Under the pieces are notes generated by a model. The model was given only the letters and a program-made list of their open reading frames with translations, did not search any database and was not told the origin of the DNA. A program made the translations under genes and the position numbers. From a candidate division FCPU426 bacterium (GTDB taxonomy: Bacteria > Oederibacteriota > Muellerivitia > Muellerivitales > Muellerivitaceae), in NCBI GenBank assembly GCA_963771075.1, contig CAVYSE010000016.1, positions 23,582-87,581 on the forward strand: a stretch of DNA of 64,000 nt, read 5' to 3'. Positions 46,076 through 58,241 of the stretch are shown one piece after another (position 1 is the stretch's first letter; each line of letters opens with the position of its first letter).

Positions 46076-48406
46076 TTGAATCAACGGAAACCCACATCGG
46101 CCCCATTTAAAGGTTTCCTTCAAAAGGAAAGCTGGCCGCTTTTGGCCTTGATACTTTCTTTCCTTCTTTTTTTCAAGGATTGGAGCCACCCCTTTACCCG
46201 GTTTTTCCTTTCATTGGACTTGAGTGTTTTATATGAACCGGTTTATTTTTGGGTCCACCAGCACTTGGCCGATGGCAAGCTTCCCCTCATCTGTGACGAC
46301 GTCATGCAGGGTGCCCCCATCGCGGCCTTTTCCATGGCAGGGGTTTTATCCCCGGCCCTCTGGCTGTTCCATTGGATTTCTAATTACACCTTCGTCTTCA
46401 ATCTTCTTTTCCTCACCCCTTCTTTCCTTTACTTGATCGGGGCCTATTTCCTGGGGCGTAAATTAAACCTTTCCCAGACCGCTTCCCTGCTGATGGCCTT
46501 CTTTTGGGCCTATAACGGCCATCAAATGGCCCAATTGGACCATTTGAATATGGCCTGGGCCCATGCCTTCTTCCCATGGGCTTTCTATGCCTTATTGGCC
46601 TATCTAGAAAACACACGAACCTACTGGCTGCTTCTTTCTTCCCTATTCCTTGGATTAAACTTGCTTTCGGGCCATCCCCAGGTTTTTTTTATGGAATGTC
46701 TCTTTTTCCTCTTTTGGGCTCTTTTTTCTAATACCGGCACGCTCAAAAACAGATTGGTCTCAACTTTCTTGTTATTGGCTGGAGCTTTGGTCGTCGCTTC
46801 CCCGCTAATTCTTTTCACCGCTGAAAACCTTTGGGGCGATTTTCAAACCCAATGGAACCCCATTGACCGCTTTTACCACTCCTGGACACCCCTAAACTTT
46901 TTAACACTTGTTTATCCTTGGATATTTGGAAAGACCCAATACGACCGTGCGGATTCCGACTATTGGTGGCAGTACCAGTTCGTAGAGATGCAGGTGGCTT
47001 TCTCCATCGTCGCCCTCTTCTTCATCCTTTATTTCTTTTTTAGAAAAAGCTCCGACCGGAAATGGATATTCATCACTTTTCTATTCGCACTGGTTATGGC
47101 CATGGGCAAGTTCACATTTGTTTACTCCCTTGTTCAATCCTTGCCCTTCTTCTCGTTCTTCCGGGACCCGGCCCGTTATTGGTTCTTGGCCACTTGGGTC
47201 TTAGGACTCGGGGCAGCCTTGGGATGGGACCAATGGTTCGGGGACGAGAAAAACCCCGGAAAGAAATTGGCCTGGGGATTGGCCGGCCTAGTCATTGCCA
47301 TACCTATATTTGCTTTGATCTTGAGGGGCTTGGCTTGGGATTGGTTGATCAAATTGGGGTCGCTCTTAGTTTCTCACTTTATCGCCGGTGACGCGGAGCA
47401 CACCCAACCCTTGAGCGTTTATTTGGACCAGGTGCCAGTGAAATTGAAGATCCTTTTCTTCAACTTGGACCTCATCCAGCCCCGGGTCTTTTTGCCCATG
47501 TTATTCTCATGTGGTTTATTGACGGCGGTTCTGAATCGAAATAAATGGAATATTAAATGGCTGAAGATAAGCCTGCTTCTTTTGGTACTGGTTGATCTTT
47601 ACTGCTTCCGGATGCCATTGGGGAACGCTTTTTACAAACCGTCGGATATAACTGCTCCCCAAGTCCCCGCGCCACAAAACCGGACACTCACCCTACTTCA
47701 CAACAACGTCTCTCCACTTCCTGGGCAATATGGAGAAATGGCATACCCAAATATGAACCTGATGTTTGACCGTCCCAACCTGGTTTTCGACGCCAACCCC
47801 ATCCCCGGCCGTTACTCCAAACTTTGGGCCGATTTAGGCTGGTTCTCGTGGGTTTATAAGGAGCGTGATCCATTGGGGTTTTCGCATAACGTCGATCAAC
47901 TTCGATCATTTGGAATTGACCAAATCGTCTCGGATACACCGTTGAAATTGCCCGATCCTTTTCATACTATTCAAAATAATTACCCCTTTGTCTATTCCCT
48001 TCCGGGAACTAATCCAAGGGCTTATTTGTCTAGTGATTTTCCCCCAACACTGGGCCCGATTCCTTTTGAAAATTTATTTGATTTCAATTTCACCCCTGAC
48101 CCTTCTCTATCGTATCCAAAGATCAACCAATGGGGAGAAGTCTATCTTTCCTTACTAACAGCTTCATCCCATTCAGGAATCCTCGTACTTCAAAAAACAT
48201 ATCTTCCCGGTTGGAAGGCGTCGGTAAACGGAGCATCAACTCTATTTTTCCGAACCTTTTTAGTTCTAACCGGCCTTGAATTGCCCGCCGGCCAAAACAA
48301 AGTGGAACTAATATTTGAACCCGTTGGCCTTCGCCTTGGTTTTTTCCTCTTTTTCGCCTTTTTCGGGGTCTTTACCTTTTTCCTAATTCGCTCCCGCCTG
48401 TCTTGA
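46076..48406 (+). CDS. YfhO-family membrane protein (putative GT-C)
   Basis: Multi-[34 protein letters not shown]. Confidence 0.75.
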   Translation: MNQRKPTSAPFKGFLQKESWPLLALILSFLLFFKDWSHPFTRFFLSLDLSVLYEPVYFWVHQHLADGKLPLICDDVMQGAPIAAFSMAGVLSPALWLFHWISNYTFVFNLLFLTPSFLYLIGAYFLGRKLNLSQTASLLMAFFWAYNGHQMAQLDHLNMAWAHAFFPWAFYALLAYLENTRTYWLLLSSLFLGLNLLSGHPQVFFMECLFFLFWALFSNTGTLKNRLVSTFLLLAGALVVASPLILFTAENLWGDFQTQWNPIDRFYHSWTPLNFLTLVYPWIFGKTQYDRADSDYWWQYQFVEMQVAFSIVALFFILYFFFRKSSDRKWIFITFLFALVMAMGKFTFVYSLVQSLPFFSFFRDPARYWFLATWVLGLGAALGWDQWFGDEKNPGKKLAWGLAGLVIAIPIFALILRGLAWDWLIKLGSLLVSHFIAGDAEHTQPLSVYLDQVPVKLKILFFNLDLIQPRVFLPMLFSCGLLTAVLNRNKWNIKWLKISLLLLVLVDLYCFRMPLGNAFYKPSDITAPQVPAPQNRTLTLLHNNVSPLPGQYGEMAYPNMNLMFDRPNLVFDANPIPGRYSKLWADLGWFSWVYKERDPLGFSHNVDQLRSFGIDQIVSDTPLKLPDPFHTIQNNYPFVYSLPGTNPRAYLSSDFPPTLGPIPFENLFDFNFTPDPSLSYPKINQWGEVYLSLLTASSHSGILVLQKTYLPGWKASVNGASTLFFRTFLVLTGLELPAGQNKVELIFEPVGLRLGFFLFFAFFGVFTFFLIRSRLS

Positions 48407-48467
48407 GTCGGTTTTCCCCGGGGCCTACAATGCCGTCACCTCATCCCATTTCCGAAGGGAGTCAGCC

Positions 48468-50156
48468 TTGAAAAAGATCGACCTTAAGCACCGTTCCGCC
48501 ATCATGACCGAGGGGGACAAGCGCGCCCCAAACCGTGCCATGCTCCGCGCCGTAGGCTTTCAGAATGAGGATTTCAAGAAACCCATCGTGGGCGTGGCCT
48601 CCGCCTGGAGCGAGGTGACTCCCTGCAACATCCACCTAAACGAACTGGCCGAAAGGGCCAAGCGAGGCGTTACTTCGGCGGGTGGGGTGGGACAGATGTT
48701 CAATACCATCACGGTCTCCGACGGCATCGCCATGGGCCATGAGGGCATGAAATTTTCCCTCGTTTCCCGTGAGGTCATTGCCGATTCTATTGAGGTCGTG
48801 GCCTCCGCCGAGCGAATGGACGCGATCGTCGGCATCGGGGGTTGTGACAAAAACATGCCCGGCTTCCTAATGGCCATGGGCCGCCTGAACATCCCCGCGG
48901 TATTCGTCTATGGGGGAACCATCCTGCCCGGCAAATGCGACGGCAAAGATATCGACATCGTCTCGGTCTTCGAGGCGGTGGGAAAACATTCCGCGGGCCA
49001 GATCGACCGGAACAAGCTGGAAGAAATCGAGAAAAACGCCTGCCCGGGCCCCGGTTCCTGCGGGGGCATGTACACGGCCAACACCATGGCTTCCGCCATC
49101 GAGGCCTTGGGAATGGCCCTTCCCCACGATTCCTGCCAGCCCGCAGTGGGCGAGCCCAAACGCCTAATCTGCGACCGAGCCGGCCAGGCCGTGGTGGAAC
49201 TGCTCCGAAACGGCATTCGGCCCCGAGACATCATGACCAAAAAGGCCTTCGAGAACGCCATCGCGGTGGTCATGGCCCTGGGGGGGTCCACCAACGCGGT
49301 TTTGCACCTGATCGCCATCGCCAAGAGCGTGGAAGTAAAGCTAACCATCGATGATTTCGACCGTATCAGTAAAAAAGTGCCCCATCTCGCCGATCTGAAG
49401 CCCAGCGGCAAGTACGTGGCCGCCGACCTGGACCGCATAGGGGGAATCCCAGCCGTCATGAAGCTCTTGATGGAAGCCGAACTAATTCATGAGGATTGCC
49501 TGACCGTGACCGGAAAGACGGTAAAGGAAAACCTCGATCTGGCCCAGCCCCTTTCCAAGAATCAAACCATCATCCATAGCCTCAAGGAACCTCTCTACCC
49601 CACCGGCCCGATGGTGATCATGAGGGGCAACCTGGCTCCCGAGGGCGCGGTGGCCAAGATTTCGGGCTTGAAAGTAATCACTCACACCGGCCCCGCAAAG
49701 GTATACGACGGGGAGGAGGCTGCCTTCTCCGCCATCGAGAAACACAAGATCAAGGAGGGCGACGTGGTGGTGATTCGCTACGAGGGGCCCAAGGGCGGCC
49801 CGGGCATGAGGGAAATGCTGGCTATAACCTCGGCCCTGGTGGGCCAGGGCCTGGGCGAGAAAGTTGGATTGATCACCGATGGAAGGTTCTCCGGCGGAAC
49901 CCACGGTTTAGTGGTGGGGCACATCGCCCCGGAAGCCCAGGTTGGCGGCCCCATAGGTCTTATCCATAACGGGGATAGGATTACGATTGACGGTGAGAAG
50001 AAGAAATTGGAATTGCACTTAAGCGCGGGTGAATTGAAAAAGCGCCGGAAAGCTTGGAAACCTCGTCCCAATCCTTATCCAAAAGGTGTCCTGGCAAAAT
50101 ACGCTTACTTGGTTTCTTCCGCCAGTGAGGGAGCGGTGACTGACGAATTCAAATAA
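48468..50156 (+). CDS. ilvD: Dihydroxy-acid dehydratase
   Basis: [53 protein letters not shown]. Confidence 0.97.
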   Translation: MKKIDLKHRSAIMTEGDKRAPNRAMLRAVGFQNEDFKKPIVGVASAWSEVTPCNIHLNELAERAKRGVTSAGGVGQMFNTITVSDGIAMGHEGMKFSLVSREVIADSIEVVASAERMDAIVGIGGCDKNMPGFLMAMGRLNIPAVFVYGGTILPGKCDGKDIDIVSVFEAVGKHSAGQIDRNKLEEIEKNACPGPGSCGGMYTANTMASAIEALGMALPHDSCQPAVGEPKRLICDRAGQAVVELLRNGIRPRDIMTKKAFENAIAVVMALGGSTNAVLHLIAIAKSVEVKLTIDDFDRISKKVPHLADLKPSGKYVAADLDRIGGIPAVMKLLMEAELIHEDCLTVTGKTVKENLDLAQPLSKNQTIIHSLKEPLYPTGPMVIMRGNLAPEGAVAKISGLKVITHTGPAKVYDGEEAAFSAIEKHKIKEGDVVVIRYEGPKGGPGMREMLAITSALVGQGLGEKVGLITDGRFSGGTHGLVVGHIAPEAQVGGPIGLIHNGDRITIDGEKKKLELHLSAGELKKRRKAWKPRPNPYPKGVLAKYAYLVSSASEGAVTDEFK

Positions 50157-50226
50157 TGAAGCCTATTTCCCCTGAGTTTCTTAATGAATAGTCGTTTAAC
50201 CCAATTATCAACGAGGACCATAGGAT

Positions 50227-50261
50227 AAAAAAAAACGGGTGGACCCTTTCGGATCCACCCG
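50227..50261 (-). terminator. Rho-independent terminator for the small minus-strand gene
   Basis: CGGGTGGA..TCCACCCG hairpin with an A9 run on + (U run on -). Confidence 0.75.
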
Positions 50262-50315
50262 ATCATGAAGTTTCAGGATCATGTCCCGAAACCTTATACC
50301 TGCTTCAGACCAATA

Positions 50316-50576
50316 TTACTTGGTGGCAGGAGCAGCGGCGGCCGGAGCAGCAGCGGCAGGAGCAGCAGCGGCATCAGCAGCGGCAGCGGCTTTCTTGGCC
50401 TTCTTGGCTTTCTTGTGCTTCTTGGCAGCCTTCGGAGCAGCAGCGGCAGGGGCAGCAGCGGCAGGAGCAGCAGCGGCCGGAGCAGCAGCGGCAGGAGCGG
50501 CGGCTTGGTCAGCCAACACAACGCCAGTCGCACCCATGAAAATAGCAGCCATCAAAACGGCAAAAAAACGCTTCAT
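50316..50576 (-). CDS. Small exported Ala/Pro/Lys-rich low-complexity protein (86 aa)
   Basis: AAGGAGG RBS, signal peptide MKRFFAVLMAAIFMGATGVVLA, (AAAAP)n repeats, own terminator. Confidence 0.8.
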   Translation of the reverse strand: MKRFFAVLMAAIFMGATGVVLADQAAAPAAAAPAAAAPAAAAPAAAAPKAAKKHKKAKKAKKAAAAADAAAAPAAAAPAAAAPATK

Positions 50577-50724
50577 TAAAACCCTCCTTGAATTAAACAG
50601 CGGATTCACCGCTGTTTTTACGACCCACCCCATCGTCCCGCCAACCATTAAGTTGGCTGGTCGATTAAAACGGTATTTTAGGGATGGAAATTGCATTGTT
50701 CAATGATTTTGCTTGCTTTCGGCC

Positions 50725-51653
50725 CTATCCCAAGGACTGCAAAGCTAACCTGGCCGCCCCCACCACACCCATATTGTCGCCTAATTTAGCCATTCGGAAC
50801 TTGATACCCTTCAAATGAGAGGAAAAACAGCGTGTTTTTAGTTCTTTCATCATGGGTTTAAGCAATAAATCTCCCGCTCCCGCCACCCCTCCGCTGAAAA
50901 TAACCATGCTGGGGTTAATCAGGTGGATAGCCGAGGTAAGCCCCACTCCAAGCATTTTTCCAGCGAAATTGTAGACTTTCAGAGCCTTGGAATCGCCCTT
51001 TTCAGCCATTTTTTGGAAGGTATAGGCTTCTAAAAGGGTCCCCGCGGGTTTTCGGATGCCCATTTCTTTGGCGAGCCGGACGATACCCGTGGCCGAAACA
51101 TATTGTTCCAAAATACCGCTGTTCCCGTAGGGAGCTTTGGGCCGTTAGGGTCGACCACGATGTGCCCGATATGGTTGCTTACTCCCCATGCTCCTTCGAA
51201 TATTTTTCCATCCACGATAATCCCCCGCCCACCCCGGTTCCTAAGGGTCAGACATAGGACGAACCTCTCGCTTTTTCCCGCGCCGATCCAGGATTCTCCC
51301 AAGGCAGCCAAATTGGCGTCATTCTCGAGAAATACTTTTTTCTTTAACTGCTTTTGTAATAGGGCCACCAATGGCACGTTTTTCCAATTTAAATTGGGTG
51401 TATAGATGATGATTCCCTTTTTAGGATCGAGCGGCCCGGGGGAGCCGATTCCCACGCTAACATGCGAGGACCAGGGTAATCCGCTGGAGACACCGGCGGC
51501 TTGGGCGCTTTGCGCGATGCGGTCAATAACACCCTTCGCCCCCAATGCGGCCTGGGTGGGTCTTTTATCTTTGCCCAAGACCTTTCCGTTTCTATCCACG
51601 ACCGCCGATACGATATTTGTGCCGCCCAAATCAATGCCGATAACCGTCTTCAC
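50725..51653 (-). pseudogene. ROK family sugar kinase (glucokinase-like), interrupted by single-base indels (possibly sequencing errors)
   Basis: GIDLGGT, GIGSPGPLD, ENDANLAALGE; LGTGVGGG appears in a shifted frame near 51222-51245; further shift near 51135 before LEQYVSATG. Confidence 0.8.
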
Positions 51654-51747
51654 GGAATAACCTCCAGGTAAATTCGCCCTCCGCTTCTACGTCGGGGGGA
51701 TGTATTATCCAGAAAAAACCATTGAGGGAAAAGGGAAATTGATTCCG

Positions 51748-53392
51748 CTAAGATTCCGACAATGATCGATAATCCAATTTTGGAAAAAGGGGGCTCAGGG
51801 CCTTCAACCGTTTCAATTCCACCGGTTTAAGGACACCCCTTATCCAGTGTATCCAGTATCAAGTTCATACGCTCCAAATGGGATAGTACCCTGCTCCTGG
51901 CATATTCCCGGTGATGCCCCGTTTTCATCATAAAAGCCCAATCGCTGGCCTGGGCCAACAAGAGTTCCCTTAAAGCCTGGTTAAAGGCCCTTTTCTGGGA
52001 TTCGCCCGCGCGGGGGTGGTCCTGAATGGCCTGGGTCAGCCGGTCGCAAGCCTTCACCAGGAGGGGATAGACCCAATCATTGGTTTCATTGATCCAGAAT
52101 TCGGAATAACCCCCATAGCCCCAGGAGGATGGTTGCGGCTGGACCGTTTGAAGCGCGATGGGGTTGGGAGAGGATCTCCGAGGGGGTGGCGAATCGCAAA
52201 GGCATCCCCTGGGCGTGGAGTTCCTCAAAAAGGCAGGAGATGAAATCCGGTCCCTCGAACCACCAATGCCCAAATAGCTCGGCGTCATACATGCAGGCCA
52301 TGAGGGGCGGGTGCTTCATATAACGGCCGATATCCATTGATTGTTGCATGCGCTTGAAAAGAAAATCCCTGGCGTGCAACCGGGCCCTTTCCAATCCCTG
52401 CCTTGGGATCATAGGGCTTCTTTTCTCCTTCCCCGCCCGTGATGCGGAAATATTTGAGGCCCGTGAACCGGCGTAAGCCTTCGGGTTTCATTTGCGGGCT
52501 CAACCCTTCCAATGGAAGGTCAAAACCGATATCCCGGTAGAAGTCCCGGTAATGGGGATCGCCCGGATAGCCCTCTTTGGAGCTCCAAACTTCCTTGGAG
52601 CTTTCCGTATCGCGGGCCAAGCACGGCGACACCGGCGGGGGTCAGTACGGGCGCGAAACTTCCATAGGCCGCCCGGGGCGAGGATTGGACCAGCCCGTGG
52701 GTATCCAAAAAAAAGTACTCCACTCCGCAATCGGCCAGGACCCGGTCCAAACCCGCCTGGTAACCGCACTCGGGCAGCCAAAAGCCCCGGCTCTTCATCC
52801 CTAACCGGCGCTCATGTTCCGCGAGCGCGGTCTTGACTTGGGCCCGGACGGCGGCCAAACGAACGCCGAGCAGGGGCAAATAACCGTGGGTGGCGGCGCA
52901 GGTGACCAATTCCAAATTTCCGGTCTGGGCCAGCTTTCGGAAGCCCTGAGCGGGGTCACGGTTGTATTTTTTTCCCCAACGGCCCATGCACTCTCGGATT
53001 CGTTCCAGGTACATCTTCACGACGTTTAAAAAGTCCGGCTGGTCCTGGAGGCGAATCACCTCCCTTTCCGCCAAGGCCGTTAAATCATCCGCGTACCGCC
53101 GGAATCTCTTTTGAAGGAGGGGATCTTCCCACATGGCCAGGAGGGTGGGGGAAAGGACCAATGCCAACCGAAAGGGGATTTTTCTGGCGGAAAGGGATTC
53201 CAGCTTACCCAGGAGGGGAAGGTAGGTTTCCAGCATCGCCTCATGCAGCCAAATTTCCTCCAGGAAATGCTCCTGTTCGGGATGGCGCACGTAGGGAAGA
53301 TGGGCGTGTAAAACCAGCGCGACCGTGCCAAAGGGGCTTTTTCCCGGGACCTTCTCCGGGAGAGGCGAGCGAGATATCCGCCCGGGGGACAA
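51748..53392 (-). pseudogene. GH57 1,4-alpha-glucan branching enzyme (DUF1957), about four frameshifts (possibly sequencing errors)
   Basis: HAHLPYVRHPE, WLPECGY, YRDFYRDIG, YDAELFGHWWFEGP, SSWG..G and RELLLAQASDWAF spread over four consecutive frames. Confidence 0.85.
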
Positions 53393-53395
53393 AAA

Positions 53396-54193
53396 CTAAA
53401 ACCGCGACGCGGCGTGCCGGTCCTGGGGTCCGAGCCTGCGGCGATGAAGGGCCGCGTGGCCGCCCAAATCCGCGGAAAAGAATTTCTTGCCCGGCTCAAA
53501 AGATTGCTCGATGATCTCGTCGCTGAAATAATCCTGGATTTCCCCCGGCACGGACCATTCCCCAGGCCGTTCGGCGGCGGAATCAGGACCCATACCCATG
53601 GAAGGCCCGGTTTGGATCGAATTCGTCCGGGCCAGCGCCACGAATTTTCCAGAGGGGGCCTTGTGTCCGATCTCCAGGATATAACTGCCGCCCGCCTCTT
53701 CCAGGTTGACGTACCGGTTCATTTCGCCCGGGTTGACCGTGATCTCCTCCAGCAATTCCGTGGAACCGTCCGCCTTCGTTCGCAGCAATCGCAAGACCAT
53801 GGAACTTCCCTCATATTCATCCATCAACTGGCGGCGGACATCCGCGAGGGTCTCGGGGGTGACTTCCCAATAGGTGAAGATGCAGTTGGGATCGCGTACA
53901 AAAGCCACCAATTGGGTTTGCCCATACCGGGGCAGGCGGGAACGTTTTGGTTTTGAATCCAAGGGAGTCTCAGAAACCCCGGACGGCACCCTGGCGTTTA
54001 TCTTCGTATGGGAAGTTTCTTTCCTGGAACCGGAAACAGCTTTTTTTTCAAGCTTTTTTGGTTTTTCACTCTCTGAAGTCTTTTTCCGGACGGGTTTGGG
54101 CGTTTTGGACTTTTCCTCCGAGGAAGCCTTAACTCGTGGTTTGGAGGTTTTACGCGCGGTGGATTTTTTTTCATCTTGGTTTTTTCGGGGCAT
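53396..54193 (-). CDS. DUF4912 domain-containing protein
   Basis: LPRYGQTQLVAFVRDPNCIFTYWEV..EIG..ARTN; its position upstream of GH57 is a familiar pairing. Confidence 0.8.
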   Translation of the reverse strand: MPRKNQDEKKSTARKTSKPRVKASSEEKSKTPKPVRKKTSESEKPKKLEKKAVSGSRKETSHTKINARVPSGVSETPLDSKPKRSRLPRYGQTQLVAFVRDPNCIFTYWEVTPETLADVRRQLMDEYEGSSMVLRLLRTKADGSTELLEEITVNPGEMNRYVNLEEAGGSYILEIGHKAPSGKFVALARTNSIQTGPSMGMGPDSAAERPGEWSVPGEIQDYFSDEIIEQSFEPGKKFFSADLGGHAALHRRRLGPQDRHAASRF

Positions 54194-54400
54194 AACCGGC
54201 CTCCCTGGCAGGATTGTTCAAAACTGTTTTATCTATTATCCCCTTAATTAGCAAGAAAGGATTTGGGAGGGGTCACGGGAAGGTTAATTCACTAGAAACG
54301 GTTTCTGGCAAGGGATAAAAAGAGTCAAGGAATATGCAAAACCAATCACTTACGGGGATTGTAAAATTTTCCTTTAAATTGCCTTAGGACCCTATTCTTC

Positions 54401-57400
54401 TTACCAAACGAGGATGAGTCTCTTCAGGTGCCGTTCATAGGGTTCGATCAGGTAAAGGATATAGACCCCGCTGGCGCACTTGTCCCCGTTGTAATTCGTC
54501 CCATCCCAGGAATAAGCCTTCGAAATGGGTGTCGTCTTGGTGTTCAAATCCATGTCTTTGATGAATTCACCCGCCGAGTTGTAGATCTTCAGCGAATAGG
54601 GGTCCCCCGGCGCGCTGTATCCCACATAGATCGATACCGGACCCTGTGAGGGCCTCAATACGTTCTGGGAAACATAGAAAGTATCCTGCGACGGCATCGC
54701 AGGCGTCGCCGTCGCCGAGATGGTGGAGGTCGCCGTCCCGCTGGCCGTAATCGTAAAGGTCGTGGTCGCCGTCCGGGTCACCGTCGGGCTCCCGGTCGAA
54801 GTCGGGGTTGGGGTCGAGGTGGCCGTTTTCGTATAGGTCCCCGTAATGGTGGGCGTAAAGGTCGCCGTGGGGCTGTTGGTTCCCGTCGGGGACCAAGTCG
54901 CGGTCGGCGTCCAGGTATAGGTCCGGGTTGCCGTGGCCGTCCAGGTCGCCGTGGGGCTGGCTGTCCAGCTTGCGGTATTCGTCCAGGTGCCCGTCGGGGT
55001 GGCCGTCGGGGTCGCCGTGGGGGTCAGGGTCGGCGTCGGGGTGTTGGTGGAAGTGGGCGTGTTCGTAAGGGTATAGGTCATCGTTTCCGTACGCGTATTC
55101 GTCACCGTCAGAGTGAATTGGATAGTCTGGGTCGAACTTGCGGTGAGGGTCGCCGAAGGTGTCGTCGAACTGGTCGGGGTCAAGGTCGCCGTGGCCGTGT
55201 TGGTAGCCGTATAGGTCGTCGTCACCGTGGCCGTATTCGTCGGGGTATCCGTGATTGTGAAGGTGATGATTGGCGTGATGGTGATCGTCGGCGTTATCGT
55301 AATGGTCGAGGTCGCCGTGGGGGTTACGGTCACCGTGGGAGTTGAGCTGAAGGTCAGTGTCGAGGTCGCCGTCCTCGTCGACGTGCTCGTCAAGGTGGCC
55401 GTATTGGTGTTCGTCGGGGTCACTGTGGGCGTCACGGTCGCCGTGGTGGTCATGGTCTTCGTCATCGTGAATTGCACCGTATTAGTCGAGGTGAATGTTA
55501 CCGTCGGCGTCGCCGTCGAAGTTTGAGTGGGTGTCACTGTATAGGTCGGGGTAGAGGTCGCTGTATTCGACGGGGTCACCGTATAGGTGTTGGTGCGGGT
55601 GACGGTATTGGTCACCGTATTCGTGGCCGTCACCGTCGGCGACAGGGTGATCGTGAAGGTGATGATGGGCGTGATGGTGATTGTCGGCGTTATCGTGATA
55701 GTCGAGGTGACTGTGGGGGTTCGGGTCGAGGTCGCCGTGGGAGTCACGGTTGGGGTAAAGCTATTGGTGGGCGTCACCGTGGGGGTCACGGTGTTGGTAT
55801 TGGTCCGGGTGGGAGTGACGGTAAGAGTATTGGTATTGGTCGTGGTGACCGTGGCGGTGAAGGTATTGGTAGCCGTATAGGTATTAGTCGGGGTCACCGT
55901 GGGGGTTACCGTATTGGTGTTGGTGCGGGTTGGCGTCACGGTGGGCGTATAAGTGTTCGTTGGGGTGACCGTGGCGGTGGGGCTATTGGTCGCGGTGACC
56001 GTATTGGTCTTGGTGGGGGTCACGGTAGCAGTGTAGGTATTGGTCGGGGTCACCGTGGGCGTGACCGTATTGGTATTGGTGCGCGTCGGGGTCACCGTCG
56101 ACGTATAGGTGCTAGTGGGAGTGTTCACGACTGTATTGGTATTGGTCGGCGTCACCGTGGGTGTCACCGTGTTCGTATTGGTGCGCGTCGGGGTTACCGT
56201 CGGCGTGGGAGTATTGGTAGCCGTATAGGTATTCGTCGGCGTGATCGTGGGCGTTACCGTATTGGTGTTGGTGCGCGTCGGTGTCACCGTATTGGTATTG
56301 GTGTTGGTAAGCGTCATCGTTGGCGTCAACGTATTCGTTCGGGTGGGGGTTGCGGTGTAGGTCTGGCTATTCGTCACCGTGTTCGTGGGCGTCACCGTCG
56401 GCGTTTTCGTCGGCGTGTTCGTCGAAGTAAAGGTATTCGAAACCGTCGGAGTCGGTGTCAACGTCCGGGTGAGAGTTTGAGTATTGGTTGGTGTAATCGT
56501 AAAGGTTCGTGTCGGGGTGGCCGTGGGGGTGTAGGTGTTTGTAGAACAACCACCCGCCACGGAAACACCGACGCTAGTGGAAGGATCACTTGGACCGTTC
56601 CAACTCACTGCGGCAAAATTGACTATGGAGCAGGGTGAATTGGCTTCCGTATTGACGTTGACTAAGGGTGCTGAAATTGTAACACAAGCCCCGTCACCGG
56701 CAAAACCATTGGGAAAAGTAAAAATGGCACCGCTGAAAGGGGAGTTGAGTGAGGTCACAGAATAAATCTGGCCTGGTGGATTATTAATGGAGTACCAGAA
56801 TCCGCCATAACCACCGCCAACTCCATTAAGCGTATAATCCCAAACCGTAACTGCGGAAGAATTAACTGGTGCCCCACTGTTACAAACGATGATTGAATAG
56901 GTCACTGGGGTGGTAGTGCTGTAGTCCACTGGATAAGATGAAAAATTAGGTATTTTTTGAATAGTAAAAGAGGGCGGGGTATAAGTCTGGGGGTTTAATG
57001 GACACTCGCCACGATAGTAAATGACTTCAGTCCCTGTGTTACTTAAACCGGTGTTATCAATGGAAGTAAAAGGTTGAAGCTGACCTGTTGCGGGATTGTA
57101 CATTGGCTGGAGCTGTGGATCGTTAAGGGTAACGTTAGCAGATGTGACTTGTACAGGCGTACCTGTAAAGTACTGGGAAATTGATCCTGCTGCATAGCCG
57201 GTTTGATACCAAGCATTCCCAGACCCATCGTTTGCGGGGGCGCTCACCGAGTTCGATGTTCCAGGGATGTCGTCATAAGTCTTGTAGCAAGAATCAGTGT
57301 TCGAGAAATAAGAATGTTGCCCATTGGCGCAGGTCACATCGATGACCCACGCGGCCATGACCACGCTAGGACTGGTGTTGATGTTCTCGGCGGAGATCAG

Positions 57401-57724
57401 ATTGTTCCCGGTGGTGACAAAATCGCCTGGTGGGATGGAATAACTCGGAATCGCCTTACCTAGGCCAACGAACGAGACAGGGGTACCTGTTATTAAATTT
57501 CCGTTAATCCAAACGTCTAATTCATCGTCCGCGTCACCGTAAAGCGTGGCCGCCGTGGGCACGCATTGGGCCCAAGCTTTGCTAAAAGAGGCTGAGACCT
57601 GCCAAACCAATAACACATTGATAAGGACGCAAAAAACCTTAAGCGTCCTAAAATCAACGCCCCAACGTCTCCATTGAAGTTTCTGTTTGTTAATCCTAGT
57701 TTCCAAGAAGTCCTCGAAGTTCAT
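54401..57724 (-). CDS. Large secreted protein with N-terminal globular domains, very long (Thr-X)n repeat and FlgD-Ig/T9SS-like C-terminal domain
   Basis: [11 protein letters not shown] lectin-like N-domain; about 620-residue T-rich repeat; [28 protein letters not shown]; start uncertain. Confidence 0.75.
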   Translation of the reverse strand: MNFEDFLETRINKQKLQWRRWGVDFRTLKVFCVLINVLLVWQVSASFSKAWAQCVPTAATLYGDADDELDVWINGNLITGTPVSFVGLGKAIPSYSIPPGDFVTTGNNLISAENINTSPSVVMAAWVIDVTCANGQHSYFSNTDSCYKTYDDIPGTSNSVSAPANDGSGNAWYQTGYAAGSISQYFTGTPVQVTSANVTLNDPQLQPMYNPATGQLQPFTSIDNTGLSNTGTEVIYYRGECPLNPQTYTPPSFTIQKIPNFSSYPVDYSTTTPVTYSIIVCNSGAPVNSSAVTVWDYTLNGVGGGYGGFWYSINNPPGQIYSVTSLNSPFSGAIFTFPNGFAGDGACVTISAPLVNVNTEANSPCSIVNFAAVSWNGPSDPSTSVGVSVAGGCSTNTYTPTATPTRTFTITPTNTQTLTRTLTPTPTVSNTFTSTNTPTKTPTVTPTNTVTNSQTYTATPTRTNTLTPTMTLTNTNTNTVTPTRTNTNTVTPTITPTNTYTATNTPTPTVTPTRTNTNTVTPTVTPTNTNTVVNTPTSTYTSTVTPTRTNTNTVTPTVTPTNTYTATVTPTKTNTVTATNSPTATVTPTNTYTPTVTPTRTNTNTVTPTVTPTNTYTATNTFTATVTTTNTNTLTVTPTRTNTNTVTPTVTPTNSFTPTVTPTATSTRTPTVTSTITITPTITITPIITFTITLSPTVTATNTVTNTVTRTNTYTVTPSNTATSTPTYTVTPTQTSTATPTVTFTSTNTVQFTMTKTMTTTATVTPTVTPTNTNTATLTSTSTRTATSTLTFSSTPTVTVTPTATSTITITPTITITPIITFTITDTPTNTATVTTTYTATNTATATLTPTSSTTPSATLTASSTQTIQFTLTVTNTRTETMTYTLTNTPTSTNTPTPTLTPTATPTATPTGTWTNTASWTASPTATWTATATRTYTWTPTATWSPTGTNSPTATFTPTITGTYTKTATSTPTPTSTGSPTVTRTATTTFTITASGTATSTISATATPAMPSQDTFYVSQNVLRPSQGPVSIYVGYSAPGDPYSLKIYNSAGEFIKDMDLNTKTTPISKAYSWDGTNYNGDKCASGVYILYLIEPYERHLKRLILVW

Positions 57725-58241
57725 TACCCGCCTTGGAAAAGTCAGTTCCAAACGGGGTACATAGTAGATATTCACGGGTAAACCTGTAGAACTCAAAACC
57801 AACTATTAGACGTTAACAATACAAACACCTAAAACCGTTTTCCTTTGTTTTTAAAATTATCCCATGATTTTAAGGATTAGTATTTTAACAATAAACGTTT
57901 AAACATAAGCGCTTATTCGTTAAACCTTGAACTTAATTTGTTTTTGAGGGGCATTAATGCAAAACAGCGATCTTACCATGGTAATTCTTTGGGGTCTTTG
58001 AATCATTAACCTGAACGACATAGAGATATAACCCACTTGCGACCTGGGTATGCACTTGGTTTTCAACCCGCCACATCAAGTCATTCACCCCCGCCACCTC
58101 CCCAAACACAGTTCGATTCGCCATTCAAACGATGATTCCGAAGATGCCAATGTTTCTTATTTCCTAAATCGCCATCAACCACAAGCCAAGGACACACATA
58201 AAATGAATTAAATTAACTCCCGTTCTAGTTATACTTTTTAA

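Noticed and set aside
50265..50706. Ala-rich and Ser/Gly-rich plus-strand ORFs
   Set aside because: The minus-strand reading has the RBS, signal peptide and terminator; these are shadows
54690..56545. Regularly recurring short nucleotide repeats that could suggest a CRISPR array
   Set aside because: The repeats are degenerate at third codon positions, in frame within a CDS, have no unique spacers, and no cas genes are present
57803..58241. Long intergenic region examined for a riboswitch, sRNA or tRNA
   Set aside because: No recognisable Rfam-type motif or cloverleaf by eye; consistent with a divergent promoter region (an Infernal scan would be decisive)
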